64,000 nucleotides of DNA from Octopus vulgaris (GCA_951406725.2 OX597818.1:131192001-131256000); one strand, 5' to 3'; shown: positions 1 to 11,432, counted from the stretch's first letter. Notes: generated from the letters alone by a model not told the origin. Numbers and translations are program-made.

Positions 1-125
1 GTGTGGGTGTGTGTAGCAAGCATTCTATCAGTAAGTGGTGTTTGAGGCTTTAATTCTAAATTTCTAAATTTCAAGAAATCTGAAGAACCAGTGAACAACT
101 GATAATGGGTACATGGGTACAAACC

Positions 126-314
126 ATCATCATCATCATCGGTTAATGTCCGTTTTCCATGCTAGCATGGGTTGGACGGTTTGACCGGAGTCTGGAAAGC
201 CAGGAGGCTGCACCAGGCTCCAGTCTGATCTGGCAGTGTTTCTACAGCTGGATGCCCTTCCTAACGCCAACCACTCCATGAGTGTAGTGGGTGCTTTGTA
301 CGTGCCACTGGCAC
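126..314 (-). mobile_element. Family R: 3' end of a non-LTR retroelement (probable RTE-clade LINE 3' UTR or RTE-tailed SINE) with (ATG)n tail
   Basis: Minus strand reads ...ggttggcgttaggaagggcatccagctgtagaaac...agcatggaaaacggacattaaccgatgatgatg. Near-identical copies at 42345, 57219 and 58121. RTE assignment is from the (ATG)n tail type and memory, not from a physical link in this window. Confidence 0.75.
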
Positions 315-326
315 ACACACACACAC

Positions 327-370
<44 letters not shown>

Positions 371-447
371 TTAGGGAGTAAATACAAACTTACAGGGAAA
401 AATTAATTTAGGATTAAATCTAATTTTACAGTATAAATATATATATA

Positions 448-684
448 TTAAATTAGAGATAAAACCACTATTAGGCAAATCAAACAGTGAAAAACATAAA
501 CCAAAACATAGAAATAAAATTAATTAATATAATATACAAAATATATAAAATATAAAATTCATAAAATATAAAATTCAAAATATATATTTTATATATTTTG
601 TATATTATATTAATTAATTTTATTTCTATGTTTTGGATTATGTTTTTCACTGTTTGATTTGCCTAACAGTGGTTTTATCTCTAA

Positions 685-689
<5 letters not shown>
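448..689. repeat. Near-perfect foldback (inverted repeat) embedded in (TA)n
   Basis: Arms 448-554 and 583-689 are reverse complements with two mismatches seen; 28-nt AT-rich spacer. Confidence 0.92.
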
Positions 690-722
<33 letters not shown>

Positions 723-923
723 TATTGGTATGCAGAAGACCTAAGGTGGCAGGTAACGCTATGTAAGTGCTATGGAACGACCGTAATTAAACTCTCGGTT
801 CGATAATGATTCGAGTGAGGAGGCTAATGCTGGTCCTGAATGAACATGTACATGTTAAATAAAATGAGACAACAAAGTCAAGATTGTGTGGAATTTTCAG
901 TACATTTATAAAGAGAAAGTTAG

Positions 924-969
924 TCTTACAGCTGTTTCTGGGATATTAGGGATATCCCTTCATCAGAGA
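924..969 (-). ncRNA. Minimal type I hammerhead ribozyme motif
   Basis: Minus strand: UCU-CUGAUGA-A-GGGAUA-ucccuaa-UAUCCC-A-GAAA-CAGCUG-UA-AGA. Canonical core, 6-bp stem II, palindromic stem III (ACAGCUGU), 3-bp stem I. Confidence 0.75.
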
Positions 970-1115
970 GAAATATTAGAGTTCAATATAAGGAGTTATT
1001 TTGCAAAAGGAAGCAAATAAGGATTATATAGGGAGATAGGAGAAGACCCCTTATTTGCTTCCTTTTCCAAAATAACTCCCCATATTGAACTCTAATATTT
1101 CCCTCTATTTAACCA

Positions 1116-1161
1116 TCTCTGATGAAGGGATATTCCTAATATCCCAGAAACAGCTGTAAGA
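1116..1161 (+). ncRNA. Minimal type I hammerhead ribozyme motif
   Basis: UCU-CUGAUGA-A-GGGAUA-uuccuaa-UAUCCC-A-GAAA-CAGCUG-UA-AGA; GUA cleavage triplet. Confidence 0.78.
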
Positions 1162-1432
1162 CCAACTTTTTCTTTATAAATGTCCTGAAAATTCCACACA
1201 GCCTTGGCTTCATTGTCCCATTATATTTAATATATATATATATATATATATATAACATGTATTTTATATAGAGAGGTACATATGCATACACTTGTATATA
1301 TATGTACATGTAAACATACATATATATATTTATATGTAAATGTACATATATGTGTATGTGTGTGAATGTATATGGAAATGTATGTATATATATATATATA
1401 TAAAATAATATGTACATTTACTCAATAGTCAA

Positions 1433-1493
1433 GATAAAACTCTGAGTTTCAGATGCCGAAGTGGAAATCCACAACACCATCTCTTCGGTTATC
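1433..1493 (-). ncRNA. Hammerhead-like motif with CCGAAGA core
   Basis: Minus strand: GAUAA-CCGAAGA-GAUG-(22 nt)-CAUC-U-GAAA-CUC-A-GAG-UU-UUAUC. Stems I, II and III all pair; U4 is replaced by C. Confidence 0.55.
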
Positions 1494-2049
1494 TGGCCAT
1501 CTGAAAAAACGCTATGAAAAAATACCGTTATATAAAGGGAAATTACTGTGTTATAATTCTGCTACTTATATAAAATAAGATTAAAATTTCATAGTAAAAC
1601 ACGTAAACATGGCTAATCATACGCTCACATGTGCGCTCGCGGACCCACGTGCGTACTTATGCGTCACTATGAAAACGTACACATCTTCACTCGCATTTTT
1701 CGCCAAATATATACGCATATATATACAAACTCATACACACACACATGCGTACTGTAAAAATTCATACATACATCTATATACGCACAAGCACAAGAAAAAC
1801 CATGGTTACAGGAAGTATACAAAGCATAAAAACCACGTTCATATATGGACATGCCCTTATGCACTCATACACACACACACCCATATATATACATACCCGC
1901 ACATGTTTATATACGCAAGGAGGGTCAATCCGAGTAAAATATAAATCAAAGGAGTCCATAGGTAAAAAATAGTTGACAAAAACTGGAATAGATTGTACAT
2001 GTAATTCAAAGGTTCAACCTTACCAAACAATCATGTTGGGCTGCCCTAA

Positions 2050-2217
2050 TTCTGCCTGAAGATTATGTTAATGTGTTTGTGAAATATTTTAACAATTTTC
2101 TTATACAATTCCTAGTAATATCTATTTATAAAAATATATGATTTTTAAAATATCGACTGGCTAGGAGGGTTCATCTAAGTAAAATATGCATCAAAAACTT
2201 TGGTTGAGAAACACTTG
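2050..2217. mobile_element. Degenerate hAT-type MITE fragment
   Basis: Similar to 17701-17824 (ggcta.gagggt.ca...aagtaaaata...ggttgagaa.cact); ends in a decayed CAGTGGTTCTCAACC-like TIR. Confidence 0.45.
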
Positions 2218-2269
2218 TATGTTCAACATTCATATAAGAAACCACAACTCTGCAGCATTGATGAGTTTT

Positions 2270-2468
2270 TCGGTTTCAGTCATTTGACCGTGGCCATGCT
2301 GGAGCACCACCTTTAGTCGAGCAAATCGACTCCAGGATTTATTCTATCAATCTCTTTTGCCGAACTATACATATGTACAACGGGCTTCTTGCCCAAGGTG
2401 CCACGCAGTGGGACTGAACCCGGAACCATGTGGTTGGTAAGCAAGCTGCTTACCACACAGCCACTCCT
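2270..2468 (-). mobile_element. SINE family B, internally deleted copy
   Basis: Matches the head and tail of the full copy at 10267-10667 in reverse. Confidence 0.8.
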
Positions 2469-3004
2469 ATTGCTTATTCATGTTTAAGATCACACAGTCA
2501 TATAAAAAAAATGAATTCTACATTTGCCCCAAGGACACTTTATCTTACTCTTACTGACAGCTATTATTTTGCTGTCAGTATTGTTGAAGTATAACCAAGT
2601 TCTTGATCTCAACAAAAGCAGCATTAGTCTGTCTTATCAGTGCAAGAAGATATTACGTTTGAGTCACTTCATTTTAGCTAATTTTCAGCAAAATTCTTAA
2701 CAACATAACTATACTTGCACTTATGAATGATATATGCTTCTGCACCAAGGTTTCTCATGTAATGTCCAACCTAAGAACTAACTAGGCTTCATGTTGTTTG
2801 ACTTTGGTGATCAGATAAGAACTAATGTTTTAAACATCATATGGTTGCGAGTAAGTAGAGAGCTGAAAAATGTAAGCTGTTATACAAAGAGGTAAGGTGC
2901 AAGATGCCACACAGTGGGACTGAACCTGGAACTATGTGGTTATGAAGTAAACTTTTTGTCACACATCCACGCCCGCACCTGATATAGTAAAATGATTTAG
3001 TAAG

Positions 3005-3238
3005 AAGGCGGCGAGCTGGCAGAACCGTTAGCACACCGGGCGAAATGCGTAGCCGTATTTCGTCTGCCGTTACGTTCGGAGTTCAAATTCCGCCGAGGTC
3101 GACTTTACCTTTCATCCTTTCGGGGTCGATAAATTAAGTACCAGTTACACACTGGGGTCGATGTAATCGACTTAATCCGTTTGTCTGTCCTTGTTTGTCT
3201 TTTCTGTGTTTAGCCCCTTTGTGGGTAGTAACGAAAAG
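3005..3238 (+). mobile_element. SINE family A (tRNA-like head; central gactttgcctttcatcctttcggggtcgataaattaagtaccag domain)
   Basis: A-box-like gagctggcagaa and B-box-like gagttcaaattcc; many near-identical copies in the window. The central domain resembles the Meta-SINE domain as I recall it. Confidence 0.85.
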
Positions 3239-3856
3239 GATTTATTAACGTCAAAGAGTATTAAACTTTGCTTTCTTTCCACCAAAAGTTTTCAAGAGCA
3301 TTATACGACGGATGGGAAATGTGGGGAATAACAGATCTGTACTATTAAACCAAATTTGAAATTATGTACCAGCAGTGTCAGCAAGTAGTTTTAAACACAC
3401 ACACACACACACACACTAACACACTCGTTCACACGCATTCGTCAAAAAGCACACACTCAAATGTGCATAAAACACATCCACACGCTTAACTCTACACATT
3501 GAGTTTGAAAATAACCGTTTCAATAAATATTAGCATAAAACAGTCCGATACTATGCTGGAGGCCATATTTTTGTTGAGCAAACAAAATTCCAGTAAGAGG
3601 GAAGAAAAGCGGAGGCGAAGAAGATACAGTGAAAAGACAGGGAGTAAGGAAAGGGACAGACAGTGTATTCGAACGAACAGCAAGACATTAAAAATACTAA
3701 AGTCAACAAACATTTTAAGTTCAATAAACTAAAGATTTTTACACCATGGTAAAGGTAAAAAGTTCAAAACAGTGTGTTTTGTAGAAGAGAAAGGGAATGG
3801 CGCTCCAGCTCAGCACAACCTTAGAGATGAAATTAATAAAAGAATAAATATATATA

Positions 3857-3895
<39 letters not shown>

Positions 3896-4122
3896 CACTA
3901 TATGTATACATATATGTGCATGTGTGTGTGCATGTGTATATATACATATATATAATATATATATATGTGTGTATATATATATATATATAAGCTCAGCAAA
4001 ATTTAGATTCAAATGAATATGGTACTTAAGTTAGATGCACCAGAATTCTGTACGGTGTTATCCATATAAATCCATGGGGTGATTATAATCAAAATAAGCA
4101 ACAAGAATAACTCTGGTGCCAT

Positions 4123-4316
4123 GATAGATCGTTAGCTCCTACACGCTTTTTTTTCTCTCCTTGTTTTTTTTTCTGTGTATCTTTCTGTCGAAGAGCGTAG
4201 GCTCGAAACGTAAAAGACTTGTTCTATTTCTATTCCTGAGCGCCATACTAATACATTTGTTTGTTTGTACTCCACCTGCCTTCGTCTTTTGTTTATTTTC
4301 GTAAACCTTCCCGTTA
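4123..4316 (+). mobile_element. Family F: short Penelope-pLTR-like repeat ending in (TA)n, with hammerhead-like motif at 4181-4216
   Basis: CUUU-CUGUCGA-A-GAGC-guag-GCUC-GAAAC-GUA-AAAG. Shares the downstream ttcctgagcg...taatac motif with family E. Confidence 0.55.
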
Positions 4317-4406
4317 TATATATGTATATATATCATACATTTCCTTTTCTCCATCAGCTCAACTGTTAGTTTCTCTTCTCCCTATCTCTGTTTGTATACA
4401 AATTTA

Positions 4407-5263
4407 TTCAGTTTTGTACCAAACAGAAGCACCACTGATGTTATATTCCTAATATGGCAACTGCAGGAGAAATACCTAGCCAAAGATAAACCCCTATACT
4501 TGGCTTTTGTGGACTAGGAGAAAGCCTTTGACAGGGTCATCCAATCCCTTATCTGGTGGGCAATGCAGAAACCGAGGATTGATAAATGGTTAATAAGGCC
4601 TGTACAGGCCCTATACAGAGATGCCATTAGTATGGTGAGGGTTGGCAATGAGTATAGTGAAGAATTCCGTGTAGAAGTAGGGCTCCACCAAGGATCAACC
4701 CTCAGACCCCTCTTATTCATCATAGACCTCCAGGCAATAACAGAGGGATTCAATACAGGTTGCCCCTGGGAGCTCCTTCATGCTGATGACCTGGCCATCA
4801 TAGAAGAATCACTACCAAAACTAGAGAAGTGTGGAAGCAAGGTTTAGAATTGAAGGGCCTTAGAGTCAATGTTGCAAAGGCCAAAGTTCTAGTAAGCAGG
4901 AAGGTGAACACTTCACCCACCCCTTCAGGTAGGTGGCCCTACTCGATCTGTAGAAAAGGTATAGGTAGAAACTCTATATGATGTAATCAGTGTAAGCTAT
5001 GGACACATAAGAGGTGCAGCAACATCAAACAAATATTAACCAGGAAGATAACTTTCGTGTACGGCAGATGCACAGGGGCAATAAACACCACAGATGCTCA
5101 GAAAACAGATTCCATCACATGCCAGTGGGAGAAACTAGAAGTAGTTAATAGCTTCCACTACCTAGGTGACCAAGTCTGTAGTGGGGGTGGATGCTCAGAG
5201 AGTGTTACCACTAGAATAAGAATAGCCTTGGCAAAGTTTAGAAAGCTCCTACCCCTATTGCTG
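4407..5263 (+). pseudogene. RTE-clade LINE reverse transcriptase fragment (stops and frameshift)
   Basis: Translates FVPNRSTTDVIF..LQEKY..LYLAFVD*EKAFDRV..GLHQGSTLRPLLFII..LLHADDL..GLRVNVAKAKV..FHYLG..RIRIALAKF, i.e. the non-LTR RT motifs in RTE style. Confidence 0.93.
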
Positions 5264-5282
5264 ATTAAAAACATATATATCT

Positions 5283-5575
5283 CCTCACTCAACGTCTCTT
5301 TTTCCATGCTGGCATGGGTTGGATGATTCACCAGGAACTGATGAACCAGAGCTCCATTACCTGCTTGTCATAGTTTCTGCAGCTGGAAGCCCATCATAAT
5401 GTCAACAACTTCATAGAGTATCATAGGTGCTTTTTTTCTTTTCTAGCACCAGCACTAATGAGGTCACCAAGTCACTTGCAAGACAAGACCCCTCAACTGA
5501 GTGCTGTATACTACTGGCAGAAGTGGTGTGATAGTGAAACAGAAGCTGGTGCCTCGCTGAAGAGATAAATAAACA
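5283..5575 (-). mobile_element. Older family-R-related repeat
   Basis: ttttccatgctggcatgggttggat...cagctgga...gaggtcaccaagt; related copies at ~17190-17590 and ~54295-54780. Confidence 0.55.
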
Positions 5576-5601
5576 GCTTAAAGCACGTGCACACATACAC
5601 A

Positions 5602-5632
<31 letters not shown>

Positions 5633-5865
5633 GTACGTGTGAGTGATTGAATGAAAGAAAGTAGCATTCAGAACATTTAGTTGGATTTACATGTATTTTA
5701 TGACAGTGTGGCTCAGATCCCAATTAGTTTTTCGGGGGCACTGGATAAGCCCACCTCACTAAATGTTTAAAGACCTAATCTTTTTCTCCAGATATCTGAA
5801 ATATTATAACTACATTTAAGTGTATATATCTATGAGGGCTTCAATCTCTCTCTCTCAGCCATTCA

Positions 5866-5904
<39 letters not shown>

Positions 5905-5959
5905 TATTTTATTTTTATTTTATCTAGTTTCAGCTCAACGAGCTGTGGCCATGCTGGGG

Positions 5960-6010
<51 letters not shown>

Positions 6011-6070
6011 ATATAAATATATGTTTGTGTATCTGTGTGTGTGTACATCTATATGTATATACATGTGAGC

Positions 6071-6122
<52 letters not shown>

Positions 6123-6199
6123 ATATACTACACATACACAAACATATATATCTGTGTGTACATGCATATGTATGTGTGCATACATTCATTCATCCATCC

Positions 6200-6206
6200 A
6201 TCTACC

Positions 6207-6237
<31 letters not shown>

Positions 6238-6486
6238 GCATACATACATACATACATACATACTTACATGCATACATACATGCATACATACATACATACA
6301 TATATGCATGCGTACATACATACATATATGCATTTACATAGATATATGCATACATACATACATATATACATACATACATATATGCATACATACATACATG
6401 CATACATGCATGCATACATACATACATACATACATGCATGCATGCATACATACATACATATATACATACATACATACATACATACA

Positions 6487-6519
<33 letters not shown>

Positions 6520-6711
6520 GCATGCGTACATACATACATATATGCATTTACATAGATATATGCATACATACATACATATATACATACATACATATATGCA
6601 TACATACATACATGCATACATGCATGCATACATACATACATACATACATACATACATACTTGCATGCATGCATACATACACACACACACACACACATACA
6701 TACATACATAA

Positions 6712-6748
<37 letters not shown>

Positions 6749-6775
6749 TGCATGCATGCGTACATACATATACAC
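6200..6775. repeat. (TACA)n/(TGCA) compound microsatellite with internal higher-order duplication
   Basis: Direct reading; the block tatatgcatgcgtacatacatacatatatgcatttacatagatatatgc occurs twice (~6301 and ~6515). Confidence 0.95.
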
Positions 6776-7103
6776 ATGTTCACTTTTATATAAGGTGCTG
6801 ATTTCAATTCTCAAAGGAAACTGTCCCACTTCTATGGCTCATGCCCTAGGGAAACACGGGAATACTTCAAATTCTCATTTTCTCTTGAGGGCTTCACAAA
6901 TACATTGTAAGTGGGTGTATGAGTGTATATGCATGTCCGTGCATCTCTATGTATATGAGTGCATGTGAGTGTCTGTGTGGTTGTGTGTGAGTATCTGTGT
7001 GTGTGTGTGTGTGTGATATATGGTCATATATCTTTGCATGATTACATCTATGTATCTAACATGCATATATGTCACTCTTCTCACACATTTTCTATATTTT
7101 TGT

Positions 7104-7174
<71 letters not shown>

Positions 7175-7385
7175 TGTAAACATATAAAATGTATACGTAT
7201 ATGTAGTCAGATACATAAACAGATAGACTGATTAATATACCTCTATATACATACATATTTAACATATATATCTAACATGCATACATGAATATATAACTAC
7301 ATATATATATATGTATATATACACACACACACATATATATATATAAATATGTACACTTATGTACACATATATTTATATATATATA

Positions 7386-7424
<39 letters not shown>

Positions 7425-7445
7425 GTATGTATATATACATATGTA

Positions 7446-7476
<31 letters not shown>

Positions 7477-7519
7477 AATTTTATTTTATCTAGTTTCAGC
7501 TCACGAGCTGTGGCCATAC

Positions 7520-7577
<58 letters not shown>

Positions 7578-7594
7578 GCATATATATCTATGTA

Positions 7595-7651
<57 letters not shown>

Positions 7652-7656
<5 letters not shown>

Positions 7657-7860
7657 TAATCCAAACAAGAAAGCAAAAAAAAACACAACAACACGAGGAC
7701 GTGGAACAAATATAGTATTATTGAACGCTCAGGAAAGAAGGAAAGAAGGAGGGTTTAATGTTTTGAGCAGAGCTCTTCATCGGAAACATAGGAGAAGGAA
7801 AGATCCAGAGAAGGGAAGACAGAGGAAAAAAAATTGCCAACGGTACACACGAGGTCACAC
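7652..7860 (-). mobile_element. Family E: ~200-bp (TA)n-embedded repeat with decayed minimal hammerhead
   Basis: Same sequence at 11497, 41178, 53864, 56223 and 56527; minus strand ttt-ccgatga-agag-ctctg-ctc-aaaac-att-aaa. Confidence 0.75.
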
Positions 7861-7887
7861 TTATATACACATATATTTATATATATA

Positions 7888-7938
<51 letters not shown>

Positions 7939-8218
7939 ATATATATATGCATATATATATATCTATATATCTATATATATATATATATATGTATATATGT
8001 GTGTGTATATATATATGTATATATATATCTATATATATATACATATATATATATAGGCGCAGATGTGGCTGTGTGGTAAGAAATTTGCCTCCCAACCATT
8101 TGGTTCCTACTGCATGCACCTTGGACAAGTGTCTTCTATTATAGACTCAGGCTGATCAAAGCCTTATGAATGGATCTGGTAGATGGAAACTGAAAGAAGC
8201 CCTTTGCATGTATGTATG

Positions 8219-8256
<38 letters not shown>

Positions 8257-8373
8257 TATACAGACATCTATGTATTTGTGTCTGTGTTTGGTCACCCCTC
8301 TACCACTTGACAACAGCCCACAAACTATTATACTCTACCTATGTAAACTGTGGGTAGGGGGGTATGATATCTA

Positions 8374-9209
8374 CTATGTATATTTCCTATTTCGTATTAG
8401 GAAAGTTTCAATTATGAGGACGTACTCCTGTATTTGTCTAAGTGTTGGGTTCTTTGGGTGCTTGGATAAGATGCGGATGTCAAGTTGACCCAGGTTGCCT
8501 CCATGTTGGTTCTGGGTATGTTCGTAGAGCATGGAGGACTGTTTTTGTCATCATATTGTCTTGAATGTTCATTTAGTCGTTCCGTAATGCTCCCAGATGT
8601 CTCCCCTATGTATATCATGTTCATATCTTTACAAGCACCTTCTATGCATCTTATGCTGTAAACTACATTTCTAGTTCTACAGTTAATGCCAGGGCTAATC
8701 CTACATACCATGCAGTTATCATTGGTGCATATGGTATTCTCAAAGGGGTACGTCCTACATAGTTGTGATGTGACGGAGTTCACTGGCTTTTCAACAATCT
8801 TAATGTTGAGTTTGGTCTCCTTCAGAGCTTTTCTAAACGAATGGGCTAGTTCTCCATGTGCTGTGGCCTCTACAAATATCACTCCTTGATATTTGTCAGT
8901 TTTATACCACGTGTTCACCCTGTTTGCTTCGTCACAAGTTCTTTGTATCCTATTCCAGTCTTTGTTTCTATATCTAGAGCAGGTACCACTGGTATCATTA
9001 CATATAATGTTATCTAACTTCTTTCTAGCACCCCTGTATACTCGAACCCTATCTTTCTGATCATATCCAGAGAACTGCATGTGGTGCATGAAGTTCTGTA
9101 CATGTTTCTTCATTTCATAGGGTTTGCATAGTAGGGACATGTTGTTCATTATCATAACTAAGTTTGCCATCAGTATGTTAATTTTCATGTTGTATATTCT
9201 TTTATTCAT
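8374..9209 (-). pseudogene. Penelope-like retroelement 3' fragment: RT C-terminus, Cys-rich linker and GIY-YIG endonuclease
   Basis: ORF 8412-9209 has SGY, FVEATAHGELA, C-x4-C-x2-C-x7-C and VVYSIRC...IYIGETSGSITERLNEH. After a frameshift it continues SSMLYEHTQNQH...TLRQIQE. The Cys-rich linker suggests the Neptune clade. Cut on its 5' side by a SINE B copy. Confidence 0.9.
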
Positions 9210-9414
9210 TTATTTGTTCATTATTTGAATGTTGCCATGCTGGAGCACTACCTTTAATTGAGCAAATTGACTTCAGGACTTATTCTTTGAAGGCCTAATA
9301 CTTATTCTATGTGTCTCTTTTGCCGAACCGCTAAATTACAGGGATGTAAACACACCTGCATTGGTTGTCATGCAAAAACACAGACACCCAAATATAATAT
9401 ACACACACATACAT

Positions 9415-9486
<72 letters not shown>

Positions 9487-9640
9487 CAGGCTTCTTTCAG
9501 TTTCCATCTATCAAATCTACTCCTTGGTCAGCCCAAGGCTATAGCAGAAGACACCTACCCAAGATGCCATGCAGTAGGGCTGAACCTGGAACCATGTGAT
9601 TGGTAAGCAAGCTACTTACCAGACACCCACTCCTGCACTT
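9205..9640 (-). mobile_element. SINE family B
   Basis: Reverse complement of the 10267-10667 consensus with internal (TA)n. Confidence 0.85.
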
Positions 9641-10266
9641 ATATATATTCTTTTATTCTTTTATACATTTCAGCCCAAATTCACTCACAAGAAAGAATTT
9701 TGGTTGACTTCTTGGCTTGGTGCTACTTTAGAATACATGTGCAAAAATATCATGCAGTAGGACTGAACCCAAACCCACTTGTTTGAGAAGCAAGCCTCTT
9801 AACCACAGAGCCATGCCAGTACTTGTGTGCATGTGTGTGTATGTGTTAGTGTGTATGTGTACTCAGGTATATTCCAAGGCCTAGTAGTTAAGCTTTTCTT
9901 CTCATGATAATAAGGTTATGTAGGTTGGATTCCTCGTCTGTGTAATAACATTATTTAGGATCAAGGCACTTGATTTTGAACTTGATTCACTTTAATCCCC
10001 AGAAAATCAGTACCAGCAGACCACTGGTGCAGCCATCTATTCTCCAGTTGTTACATCCCCATCATCCTAGCAAAAGCATGGTTCATACTACGAAGTCTTA
10101 GCTGCAAGTGATGGATGAGTTTTTACTTCATGAGGGCAGATTGTAGAACTCAATACAGTAAATCTCCGGTTTGCCATTTCCTGTCAAACCATCCAACCCT
10201 TGCCAGCATCATAAGCAAATATTAGATATTGATGATAATAATGATGATGTTATATATATATATATA

Positions 10267-10665
10267 GGTGCAGGAGTGGCTGTGTAGTTAGTTGCTTGCT
10301 TACAAACCACATGCTTCCAGGTTCAGTCCCACTGCGTGGCATCTTGGGCAAGTGTCTTCTGCTATAGTCCCGGGCCGACCAATGCCTTGTGAGTGGATTT
10401 GGTAGACGGAAACTGAAAGAAGCCTGTCGTATATATGTATATATATATATATGTGTGTGTGTGTCTGTGTTTGTCCCCCTAGCATTGCTTGACAACCGAT
10501 GCTGGTGTGTTTACGTCCCCGTCACTTAGCGGTTCGGCAAAAGGGACCGATAGAATAAGTACTGGGCTTACAAGATAGAATAAGTCCCGGGGTCGATTTG
10601 CCTGACTAAAGGCGGTGCTCCAGCATGGCCACAGTCAAAATGACTGAAACGAATAAAAGAGTAAA

Positions 10666-10667
<2 letters not shown>
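10267..10667 (+). mobile_element. SINE family B, full length (tRNA-like head, CORE-like segment, internal (TA)n(TG)n, stem-loop tail)
   Basis: A box tggctgtgtagt, B box ggttcagtccc, CORE-like cttgggcaagtgtctt, tail ccagcatggccacagtcaaaatgactgaaac..taaaaga; about 20 copies or fragments in the window. Confidence 0.9.
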
Positions 10668-10701
<34 letters not shown>

Positions 10702-10704
<3 letters not shown>

Positions 10705-11135
10705 TGCAGGAGTGGCTGTGTAGTAAGTTGCTTGCTTACAAACCACATGGTTCCAGGTTCAGTCCCACTGTGTGGCACCTTGGGCAAGTGTCTTCTACTA
10801 TAGCCTCTGGCTGACCAAATCCTTGTGATGCAGATTTGATAGACAGAAACTGAAAGAAGCCTGTCATATATATGTTTGTGTGTGTGTATGTACGTTTGTG
10901 TGTGTGTGTGTGTATGTACGTTTGTGTGTCTGCGTTTGTCCCCAAATCATCACTTGACAACCGCTGTTTGTGTGTCTATGTCCCTGTAAATTAGCGGTTC
11001 AACAAGAGACTAATAGAATAAGTACTAGGCTTACAAAGAATGAGTCCTGGGGTCAATTTGTTCAAATAAAGGCAGTGCTCCAGCAGGGCCACAGTCAAAT
11101 GACTGAAATGAATAAAGAATAAAAGAATAATAAAA
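10702..11135 (+). mobile_element. SINE family B, second tandem copy
   Basis: Same structure directly downstream, separated by (TA)n. Confidence 0.88.
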
Positions 11136-11301
11136 GAATACAAATGTATATGTATATATATTATATATAAATTTGTGTGTGTGTGTGTTTGTGTTTGCTA
11201 AGCCATTGTCAACAGACTGCTCAACAATGGCTTCGCCGACCAAAACGTTGAAGTCACTGGCAACAAGACTCTTGTGTAAGTATAATAAATATATATATAT
11301 A

Positions 11302-11432
11302 CAGGGGGTCCCAAAAAAATGTATACACATAGTGGTTCAGCAAAAGAGAACAATAGAATAAGTACTAGGCTAACAAAGAATAACAAATTTACAATTATTT
11401 AAGGTGTGTATACATTTTTTTGGGACATCCTG
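11302..11432. mobile_element. Tc1/mariner-type MITE (28-bp TIRs, TA flanks)
   Basis: Left TIR cagggggtcccaaaaaaatgtatacaca; right TIR reverse-complements to caggatgtcccaaaaaaatgtatacaca (2 mismatches); TA on both sides. Confidence 0.85.

Larger units (their letters stand above)
855..1230. mobile_element. Inverted pair of a short hammerhead-bearing repeat (Penelope-like pLTR type)
   Basis: Arms ~855-1022 and ~1049-1230 are reverse complements with substitutions and one indel. Each arm carries a hammerhead motif; (TA)n follows the right arm. Confidence 0.75.

Noticed and set aside
5904-8144. Long ORFs rich in YI/HT/MYVC repeats (up to 252 aa)
   Set aside because: They are translations of (TA)n, (TACA)n and (TG)n microsatellites, which lack stop codons in most frames; the same holds for similar ORFs across the window.
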